A stretch of 64,000 bases of DNA from Trueperaceae bacterium (GTDB lineage: Bacteria; Deinococcota; Deinococci; Deinococcales; Trueperaceae), in contig OZ243927.1 in assembly GCA_965213925.1 (NCBI GenBank), positions 1,472,001 to 1,536,000 on the forward strand, written 5' to 3'. Numbering within the stretch: the first letter of the stretch is position 1; each line of letters opens with the position of its first letter. The notes under the pieces are model-generated. The model was not told the DNA's origin. It searched no databases and saw only the letters and a program-made list of their open reading frames with translations. Positions 56,583 through 64,000 of this stretch are shown piece by piece. A program made the position numbers and the translations under genes.

Positions 56583-57962
56583 ATGACTCAAGCCTTTCTC
56601 ACCGAACTTAGGCGCACGAGCGCCCTCGCCGCGCCCCTCATCCTGGCGCAGCTCGCGCAGGTCTCCTTGACCTTCATCGACACCCTGATGGTTGGGCGGC
56701 TCGGCAACGAAGCGTTAGCGGCGATTGCTCTGGGTAGCAGCGTCTTCGTAATGGCGCTGATTGTGGGGATGGGCGTGATGTTTGCCGTCGGTCCAACTGT
56801 CTCGCAGGCGCACGGGGCAGGCGATGAGGTAATGACGGCTCGGGCGACGCGGCAAGGTCTCTGGTTAGCGCTCGGCTTAACCGTTCCTGCGATGCTCCTC
56901 TTCTGGAACGCCGCGCCGCTCCTTTTATGGATGGGGCAAGACGCGGAGACGGTGCGCTTAGCGGCGGGCTATCTGCAAGCGATTTCGTGGGGATATCTGC
57001 CGGGTTTATGGTTCATCGGGCTGCGGGGGCTTTTGGAGGGCATCTCGAGACCACGCCCCATTATGCTCATTGCGTTGGCTGGAATTGGGCTCAATATCTT
57101 CGCGAACAATGCGCTGATGTTTGGGCGCTTCGGCTTTCCTGCGTTAGGGCTCGTCGGCACAGGCTGGGCGAGCACTTTTGTGTTCTGGATGTCGTTTCTC
57201 TTGGCGGCGGTGTACGTGCAGCGCACGCTGCCGCAGCTCCAAGTCTTCACCAAGCTTCGCACGCCGGATGGAAGCGTCCTTCGCGACCTCTTCATCATCG
57301 GTTGGCCCATCGGTCTCACGCTCGGTTTTGAAGGCGGGCTTTTTACCGTTACGGCGCTCCTCATGGGCTTGGTCGGCACAGTCGAACTCGCGGCGCACCA
57401 AATTGCGATTCAGAGCGCAAGTTTTACCTTTATGGTTCCGGTAGGTTTGTCGGCGGCGACGGCGGTGCGCGTCGGGCAAGCGGCGGGGCGCAAGGATGCA
57501 GACGGCGTGCAGCGAGCGGCGGGCGTCGGCATAACGCTCAGCCTCGGCTTCATGGTGCTGACCGCGCTGACCTTTTGGCTCATTCCTGAGCGCATCGTCT
57601 CGCTCTATCTCGACGCAAACGACCCCGCGAACCGCGCCGTAGTAGAGACGGCGGTGCTCTTTTTGGGCTTCGCGGCAGCATTCCAGGTCTTCGACGGGGT
57701 GCAAGTAAGCGCAGCGGGGGCGCTACGCGGGCTCAAAGACACGCGCGTGCCGATGCTGATTTCGCTTCTTTCTTACTGGGGTATCGGCATGGCAACGGGG
57801 GTGACATTAACGTTTGGGCTAGGCGTCGGCGGGCGCGGGTTGTGGACGGGGCTCGTGGTGGGGCTTATGGCGGCGGCGGGGCTTTTGTCGTGGCGGTTGT
57901 GGCGGAAGACGAGGATTGAGACCCCCACTAAACAGATGAGGCTTGGCGGTGTGGGGAAGTAG
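56583..57962 (+). CDS. MATE family efflux transporter (NorM-like)
   Basis: About 12 TMs; IDTLMVGRLG, AAHQIA and FQVFDGVQ...GALRG.KDT. Confidence 0.92.
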   Translation: MTQAFLTELRRTSALAAPLILAQLAQVSLTFIDTLMVGRLGNEALAAIALGSSVFVMALIVGMGVMFAVGPTVSQAHGAGDEVMTARATRQGLWLALGLTVPAMLLFWNAAPLLLWMGQDAETVRLAAGYLQAISWGYLPGLWFIGLRGLLEGISRPRPIMLIALAGIGLNIFANNALMFGRFGFPALGLVGTGWASTFVFWMSFLLAAVYVQRTLPQLQVFTKLRTPDGSVLRDLFIIGWPIGLTLGFEGGLFTVTALLMGLVGTVELAAHQIAIQSASFTFMVPVGLSAATAVRVGQAAGRKDADGVQRAAGVGITLSLGFMVLTALTFWLIPERIVSLYLDANDPANRAVVETAVLFLGFAAAFQVFDGVQVSAAGALRGLKDTRVPMLISLLSYWGIGMATGVTLTFGLGVGGRGLWTGLVVGLMAAAGLLSWRLWRKTRIETPTKQMRLGGVGK

Positions 57963-57966
57963 GCTC

Positions 57967-58620
57967 CTATTTACTTGATTCGTTGTTGCTAGGATTGCGT
58001 TTCCTTGTTGGCCTTTCACCGTTAGCTATCTGCTTAGTCCAATCATCATGTAACAATTCTGAGGACCACTCGGGTTTCTTATCTTCAACTATATATTCTC
58101 GAGAAGCACGAGCGACGAGATTTAATTGTCCAGTTGCCGTTCCCTGTCTACCTCTTTCATACGAATAGCGCCACTCTATAAAAGCATCATTGTTATCGTT
58201 CAGTAGAGCTTTGATGTCAGTGTCATCCTTCAGAGGATTAAAATTTCTACCTTCGCTTGACTTCGTTCTGAAAAGTGGAGGAAAATATAGAGGTCTATGG
58301 GCAAGCAACCCCTTATCCCTTAAATCGATGAAGCGCTGTTCTATTGCGGTCTGATCACTTCTGTTAAGTTTTAGAAATAGGTCGAGTAGCTTGTGTCCTC
58401 CCAAAGACTTACCAGATAGTTTTCCTAAACACTTGAAGTATATTTCTATTGAAAGTGCAAGAAGGGTGGTCTGACCGCTCGTACCTACCATCGCCTCATT
58501 AATATCACCTTTCAACCGCATCCATTCGACACCAATCCATCCAATTGATAAGGCGGCTTGTCTCAAGCGTTCGGCATGTCTAAAAGCTTCCAATGGACTA
58601 AAATCATATCCTTTTGCCAC
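57967..58620 (-). CDS. AT-rich hypothetical protein, HEPN-like
   Basis: LALSIEIYFKCL...GHKLLDLF...FIEWRYSYE pattern; TAAACT-N5-GTG. Confidence 0.6.
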   Translation of the reverse strand: MAKGYDFSPLEAFRHAERLRQAALSIGWIGVEWMRLKGDINEAMVGTSGQTTLLALSIEIYFKCLGKLSGKSLGGHKLLDLFLKLNRSDQTAIEQRFIDLRDKGLLAHRPLYFPPLFRTKSSEGRNFNPLKDDTDIKALLNDNNDAFIEWRYSYERGRQGTATGQLNLVARASREYIVEDKKPEWSSELLHDDWTKQIANGERPTRKRNPSNNESSK

Positions 58621-58858
58621 AAATCAGTTTACTTTCAAAAGGTGAGTTTCGAGGTCGTACGGTCACTGACTATAATGAGAGTCTAATGTTCTCCTTGGGA
58701 TTGTTACTAAATCAGGTTCTTGGACCCTATCATTAAATCGAAGAAGCACCTCACCTTACGCAGCAAGGTAGAGTACCTTTTAGAAATTCAATGTGTTGAA
58801 TAATTCTGGCGCTGTTCCTACAATTAATCTACATATACATCGTAGTTATGCTCGAGCC

Positions 58859-59671
58859 CTATTCCTCCGGCAGATGCGCTATCACCCGCGCCGGTCCGCC
58901 GCTGCCCCCCTCCATCTTCATCGGCAGCGCGAGGACCGTCGCGCCGATTGGGGGCAACTGGTCCAAGTTGGCGACGTTCTCGATCCCGAAGATGTCCTCC
59001 TGGTAGAGAATCACGTGCGACTGGAAGTCGGTGGACTGCCCGTAGTCGATGCTCGGCGTGTCGAGCCCGACCGCTTTGATGTTGCGCTCAGACGCTAAAA
59101 ATTCGGCGAGGTCGGGATGGATGCCGGGGAAGTGTAAGTCCGCCACCGCCTCTTCGCCGCGCTCCGCTGTGCCCATGTAGCGCTCACGGTCTGGATAGTA
59201 TTGCGCGAAGCCTGTGTTGAAAAGGACGATTGCACCCTCGGGAAGCTGCCCGTTTTCTGCTTCCCAGTTCGTCACGTCTTCGACCGTAAACTGATAGTCG
59301 GGGTTTTCGGCAGACTGCTCGCTTACGTCGATGACGGCGGCAGGACCGATAAGCTGCTCCAACGGAATCTCATGAGCGGCGTTGCGCCCCTGCGCGAAGT
59401 GAATCGGCGCGTCGATATGCGTGCCGCCATGCTCAGCCGCCGAGAAGTTGAAGGCGCTGTAGTAGTAGCCGCCGTCCGTCTCGCCCTCGAAGACGGTCTC
59501 CTGCTCGTACATATTGGCGGTGGGCCAGAAGATGGCCTCCTCGTTCAAGGTGTGGGTGAGGTCTATCCAGGTGCCTTTCGTAAGGTCTTGGGCGTAGGTG
59601 GTGGTGAGGAGCGCGGTGAGGAAGATAAACGCTAGTTTGTTGAGCATCGGTTTCGTCCTTTCTCGAGCCAT
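58859..59671 (-). CDS. cyclase family (kynurenine formamidase-like) protein with signal peptide
   Basis: IDLTH, EHGGTHIDAPIHF, GLDTPSID, IENVANL and GGSGGPAR. Confidence 0.9.
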   Translation of the reverse strand: MARERTKPMLNKLAFIFLTALLTTTYAQDLTKGTWIDLTHTLNEEAIFWPTANMYEQETVFEGETDGGYYYSAFNFSAAEHGGTHIDAPIHFAQGRNAAHEIPLEQLIGPAAVIDVSEQSAENPDYQFTVEDVTNWEAENGQLPEGAIVLFNTGFAQYYPDRERYMGTAERGEEAVADLHFPGIHPDLAEFLASERNIKAVGLDTPSIDYGQSTDFQSHVILYQEDIFGIENVANLDQLPPIGATVLALPMKMEGGSGGPARVIAHLPEE

Positions 59672-59797
59672 ACCTCTTCATCCATTTGCATATTTTTGTA
59701 AGCGTAGGCGTTTATATGCAGTTTGTCAAGAGCTGGACAGTGCTTGAGCCAGCCCACAATTTTTTTGAGCTTTCCTCGAAGATTGCTGAAAATATTT

Positions 59798-60493
59798 CTA
59801 CCCTCTACCCAAAAATCGAGCTAAGCGCTCGCTGCCGAAAAATAAGGGTACAGTATCTTCCAATTTCTCTGGAAACTTTTCATTTCCTATTGGTGTGAAG
59901 AACAACTGAGTTTCAACAGATGCAAAGTAGTTGATATTAGTGTCCTCGATATTTTGACCAGCCATCTGGTCGTTTGTGAAGGATTTCAACAAGTTGTGTC
60001 TCCATAAAGTTCGTGTAAATGTCGGAAGTTTAGAGATAACCTGCTGCAGAGCACACAAAATTTTTATTGTTGTATCGAGCGTTGCCAAGTTGTACTGCTC
60101 AATACGGTTGTGTTTGATTTTGTTGTATTTTGTCCACCATTTTAGTTCTGCGAAGTTGCCCGTTTTTCCACTCGTCCACCCTTCGAAGGGCATTAGAAAG
60201 CTAGGAGGATATTGAAACACCAACGACTTAACTTGCGAAAGCTGCAAAGTATTTTCGTAATGAGGCGCATAATCTCCAATACGAAGTTCGCGCCTATCTT
60301 TTATAGGATTGGCGTATTCTTCCCGAAAAATAGTATCAATTAGACTTCCTGCCTCTACAACTAAGGGGGCGAGTAGAGGCAGGTACATGTTGCGATTTTC
60401 CTCTGAGAGAGGAACCGTACTCAAAATACCAAGAAGCCGATTCTCTAGCTCTTGATACCAGATAAGTACCTGTTCAGTTCCTTCCTCAGTCAA
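59798..60493 (-). CDS. AT-rich hypothetical protein (WW..YNKIKHNR motif, HEPN-like)
   Basis: 231-aa ORF overlapping the reductase stop; AT-rich codons. Confidence 0.65.
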   Translation of the reverse strand: MTEEGTEQVLIWYQELENRLLGILSTVPLSEENRNMYLPLLAPLVVEAGSLIDTIFREEYANPIKDRRELRIGDYAPHYENTLQLSQVKSLVFQYPPSFLMPFEGWTSGKTGNFAELKWWTKYNKIKHNRIEQYNLATLDTTIKILCALQQVISKLPTFTRTLWRHNLLKSFTNDQMAGQNIEDTNINYFASVETQLFFTPIGNEKFPEKLEDTVPLFFGSERLARFLGRG

Positions 60494-61886
60494 AAATCGC
60501 CGTTTTCGCCCGCTCCACCATCCGCTCGACCTGCGTAATCTTCACCCTCGGTCTTCCTTGTTCTGCGCCTGCTTGGGTCTCGAGCCTATCAATCTCTAAC
60601 CAGTCCTCAAAGGTGACGAAGGACACTTGTTTGGAGGCTAAAATTTCTTCGACCGCGCGGGGGCTGGCGGCGTGCTCTGAAACGGGCTCGAGCGAGGGAA
60701 CATCCTCGAGCAAGCACCTCACGCTCTCCATCGCGTCGGCTTTGTTCGTACCGATGACGCCCGAGGGTCCGCGTTTGATCCAGCCCGCGACGTATTCACC
60801 TCTTACGACGTTGCCGTCATTGTCCGTAACACGTCCGTCTTGATTTGGGATGATGTTTTTGCGCGAATCGAAGGGAACGTCTTTGAGTGGCGTGCCTTTG
60901 TAACCGACCGAGCGCAGAATCATGCCGATAGGAAGCGTCTCGAATTCGCCTGTGCCGGCGGCGTTCAAGTAGCCGTTTTGGTCCTCGAGGCGGTTTTTCT
61001 CGAGCCTGAGTTCCTCAACTTGCGTCTCGCCCAGAAGCTCCACGGGCGATTCGAAGAAGCGCAGATGCACGCAGCGCGGTTTGCCGGTGCGCTCTTGCTC
61101 TGCAAAACCGCGTAAGACTTCGATGTTTTTGGCTAAGGCGGGGTTGCCCTTTAATGAGGCTTCGCTGATAGGGTCGAGGTCTAAGTCTTCTGCTGAGACG
61201 TTGATATCAGCGTTCTCGAGTTCGCCCAACTCGCGCAGCTCTTTGGTCGTGAATTTCGCCTGGGCAGGACCGCGCCGACCTATCATGTAGATGTTTTTGA
61301 CCTTGCTTTCGGCTAAGAGGTCTAGGGCGTGGTCCGCGATGTCCGTTTTGCGCAGCTCGTCCACCGACTTCGCTAGGATGCGCGTCACGTCCACCGCGAC
61401 GTTGCCCATACCGATGACGGCGACGTTTTCGGTGCTCAAATCGGGGTCTAGGGTCGCGTAGTCCGGGTGTCCGTTATACCAGGCGACGAACTCGGTGGCG
61501 GAGAGGCTGCCCGCTAGGTCTTCGCCCGGAATATTGAGCGAGCGGTCTGCGGACGCGCCGACCGCGTAAACGACCGCGTCGTAGAAGCGGCGTACCTCTT
61601 CGTGAGAGAGGTCAGTGCCGAAATGGACGTTGCCGATAAAGCGCACGCGCGGATCGTTGCAGGTCTTTTCGTAGAGCTTCGTGACCGACTTGATCTTTTG
61701 GTGGTCCGGCGCGACGCCGTAGCGCACCAAACCGTAAGGGGTGGGCAAGCGGTCGATGATATCGATGGAGACGTGGATGTCCTTTTGCTTGAGAAGCGAA
61801 TCTGCTGCGAAGAAGCCGGACGGACCGGAGCCGACGATCGCGACGCGGACGGGGCGTTCAAATGTGCCAAGCGTAGAGTGTGTCAA
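60486..61886 (-). CDS. FAD-dependent ferredoxin--NADP+ reductase (FprA/adrenodoxin reductase type)
   Basis: VGSGPSG, GLVRYGVAPDH, FVAWYNGHP, GMGNVAVD and GWIKRGPSGVIGTN. Confidence 0.92.
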   Translation of the reverse strand: MTHSTLGTFERPVRVAIVGSGPSGFFAADSLLKQKDIHVSIDIIDRLPTPYGLVRYGVAPDHQKIKSVTKLYEKTCNDPRVRFIGNVHFGTDLSHEEVRRFYDAVVYAVGASADRSLNIPGEDLAGSLSATEFVAWYNGHPDYATLDPDLSTENVAVIGMGNVAVDVTRILAKSVDELRKTDIADHALDLLAESKVKNIYMIGRRGPAQAKFTTKELRELGELENADINVSAEDLDLDPISEASLKGNPALAKNIEVLRGFAEQERTGKPRCVHLRFFESPVELLGETQVEELRLEKNRLEDQNGYLNAAGTGEFETLPIGMILRSVGYKGTPLKDVPFDSRKNIIPNQDGRVTDNDGNVVRGEYVAGWIKRGPSGVIGTNKADAMESVRCLLEDVPSLEPVSEHAASPRAVEEILASKQVSFVTFEDWLEIDRLETQAGAEQGRPRVKITQVERMVERAKTAIFD

Positions 61887-62139
61887 TGTATGTACCTCTT
61901 TATATTAAGCGTTGGGTAGGTGCGACAAAAGGGTGCCCGTGAGCAGGCTACGCCTCTATCCTATCGCGCTACGGAGCGACTCGCAAATGCTGAAGGAGAG
62001 AGGGAAATGAAACCACTTTTTCTCCTCGTCTTATTGATCCTTTCATCTTGTTGAAACGAACCTCCATATGCCAGTACCAGCGCAGCGAGTACGGACGCGC
62101 GTAAGGATTTCGTAAGAGCGCGTGTTCTAGGGTGCAAGG

Positions 62140-63870
62140 GTGATGCGACGACCTCTTTCTTTGCTTTTTCTGTGGGCGATCCACGGCGTTGCGGTGTACT
62201 ACCTCGTGCGCGAGATCGGACCCGGCGGCTTCGCCCTGGTGCTCCTTCCTACGACGCTCATCGCTTGGTACGGCGGATTGCGTTGGGGGCTCGTAGGCGG
62301 GCTCACGGGTATTACCATCAATTCGCTGGTGAGTAACCTTATCGACGGAGGCGTGTTCGACCCGCTCATCGCGCTGCACCAGGGCGGCTGGGTAGGAATC
62401 ATCGTCACGCTTTTCGTCGTGGCGGTGGTCGGGTACTTGCGCGACCTCAGGATGCGTTTGGGACGTTCCGAAAGGGAACTGCAAACTTTGAATGGGCAGC
62501 TCGAGCAGCGCGTGGAGGAGCGCACCGAGGCGCTTAGCGAGGTGAACGCGGAGCTTCAACATACCGCCTTTCACGACACGCTGACGGGCCTCGCGAACCG
62601 GGCGCTCTTTCTCGACAGGTTGGCGCACGTCTTGGAGCGGAGCAAGCGTGCTCAAGCGGGACCTTTCGCGGTGCTCTACCTGGACTTCGACCGCTTCAAA
62701 GCGGTCAACGACTCGCTCGGTCACCACGTGGGGGACGAACTGCTCGTCGCGGTTTCTAAGCGGCTCCGAAGCGTAGTGAGACCGACCGACACCGTCGCGC
62801 GGCTCGGCGGCGACGAGTTCATCTTGCTCCTGGAAGATTTGAGCAGTGAGGACGAAGCAGTCGCGGCGGCGCAGCGCGTTCAGAGCGTGCTCGCGAGCGC
62901 CCATAAGCTCCACGAGCACGACGTGCATCTCACGGCGAGCATCGGCGTCGTGACGAACAGCCCGGACTATACGCGCGCCGCCGAAATCATGCGCGACGCG
63001 GACATCGCTATGTACCGCGCGAAGGAGAAAGGTCGCGCGTGCTTCTCGGTTTTCGACCGCGCTATGCGCGAGCATTTAGAGCGCCGCATGAGCTTAGAAG
63101 CTGACCTGCGCGTCGCCGTCCAATCGGGCGACTTCGAGGTGCACTATCAGCCGATCCTCTCGCTGCAGACGGGCGAGGTCGAGAGCGTCGAGGCGCTCGT
63201 GCGCTGGACGCATCCGGTTCACGGCACGGTTTCGCCGGCTGTATTCGTGCCGATCGCTGAGGAGATGGGTTTGGTCACCAAGTTGGACCGCTGGGTACTG
63301 CGCCGCGCCCTTCAGCAGTTTGCAGCGTGGGGGGCGGAGCGAGATACGCAGATAGGGCTGAATGTGAACGTCTCGAGCCAGGGGTTCTTGCGCCCCGGTC
63401 TCGTCGCGTACGTTAGAGAGGTTCTGGCGGAAACAGGCGTCGCGGCGCAGCGGCTCAGGCTCGAGCTGACCGAAACGATGATCGTCGACGCCTCTGACGA
63501 GGTCAAAGCGACCTTGCAGGGACTTTCTGAGCTAGGCGTCCAGCTTCACATCGACGACTTCGGCACAGGTTACTCGTCCTTATCGTACCTGCAAGACTTC
63601 CCGCTCGACGTGCTCAAGATCGACCGCGCCTTTATCAACAAACTCTTCGAAGCTAAAGGGGAAGCTCTGGTGCGCACGATCATCCTCATGGCGCACACCC
63701 TGGGGCTGAGCGTCGTCGCCGAAGGCATCGAAACGTCCGAGCAGCGCGCGCGTTTACGCGACCTCGGCTGTGAGTGCGCCCAAGGATACCTCTTCGCCAA
63801 GCCGCTTCACGCACAAGAGGTCACCGCGTTTATCGCCAGGCAGGGCGAGAAGGCGGATTCGGTGGCGTGA
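62140..63870 (+). CDS. membrane-anchored GGDEF-EAL protein
   Basis: N-terminal TMs; LDFDRFK, GGDEF, EALVR and DDFGTGYSS are all intact. Confidence 0.92.
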   Translation: MMRRPLSLLFLWAIHGVAVYYLVREIGPGGFALVLLPTTLIAWYGGLRWGLVGGLTGITINSLVSNLIDGGVFDPLIALHQGGWVGIIVTLFVVAVVGYLRDLRMRLGRSERELQTLNGQLEQRVEERTEALSEVNAELQHTAFHDTLTGLANRALFLDRLAHVLERSKRAQAGPFAVLYLDFDRFKAVNDSLGHHVGDELLVAVSKRLRSVVRPTDTVARLGGDEFILLLEDLSSEDEAVAAAQRVQSVLASAHKLHEHDVHLTASIGVVTNSPDYTRAAEIMRDADIAMYRAKEKGRACFSVFDRAMREHLERRMSLEADLRVAVQSGDFEVHYQPILSLQTGEVESVEALVRWTHPVHGTVSPAVFVPIAEEMGLVTKLDRWVLRRALQQFAAWGAERDTQIGLNVNVSSQGFLRPGLVAYVREVLAETGVAAQRLRLELTETMIVDASDEVKATLQGLSELGVQLHIDDFGTGYSSLSYLQDFPLDVLKIDRAFINKLFEAKGEALVRTIILMAHTLGLSVVAEGIETSEQRARLRDLGCECAQGYLFAKPLHAQEVTAFIARQGEKADSVA

Positions 63871-63872
63871 GT

Positions 63873-64000
63873 TTAGCCCTTGTGGGCCGTTCCCAAAATC
63901 ACCCCTCCCAAAATCGCCCCTAGGAGCGTTTCGCGCACCGCCTCCACCGAAAAGTGCTGCGCTTGCCGCTGCCGCGCCGCTTTCGACATCTGCGCGTACG
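63873..64000 (-). CDS. 3' end of a probable glycosyltransferase (partial)
   Basis: YAQMSKAARQR...HFSVEAV resembles a GT-B C-terminal helix; truncated by the window edge. Confidence 0.4.
   Translation of the reverse strand, partial: YAQMSKAARQRQAQHFSVEAVRETLLGAILGGVILGTAHKG

Overview
A GC-rich bacterial chromosome segment, most likely Deinococcota (Truepera-like). That assignment is inferred from the Thermus-type AddAB pair, the futalosine-pathway gene mqnC, a Deinococcus-style TACGGATTCCG repeat, and TANNNT boxes 5-7 nt before many start codons. Core genes include alaS-HAD-YdcF-ruvX-mltG, purU, mqnC, msrA, pdxH, rocD/Lrp, ggt, a SufT-like factor, a TrmH-family methyltransferase, an FprA-like reductase, a MATE transporter and two GGDEF/EAL proteins. 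Many single-gene accessory inserts lie between them: HicBA, MNT-HEPN, two Uma2 nucleases, two AT-rich HEPN-like orphans, lipoproteins and a decayed YgiT-type antitoxin. I saw no rRNA, tRNA, CRISPR array, transposase or integrase. The most notable items are: (1) a ~1040-aa fusion of an O-antigen-ligase/O-OTase-like domain (with a carbohydrate-binding-like insert) to a WbaP-type initiating transferase, facing a 1012-aa secreted beta-rich protein; (2) four families of small palindromic intergenic repeats, including a TIR/TSD-bounded MITE with variable internal hairpins and swapped TIR tips, and a modular TCATCT...ACCAGATGA...ACCTGCTA family; (3) a gene broken by a perfect 35-bp tandem duplication; (4) addA split by one extra base in a G run; (5) a lone FtsK gamma-domain ORF between two repeats. 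All family calls come from reading motifs by eye, not from database searches.
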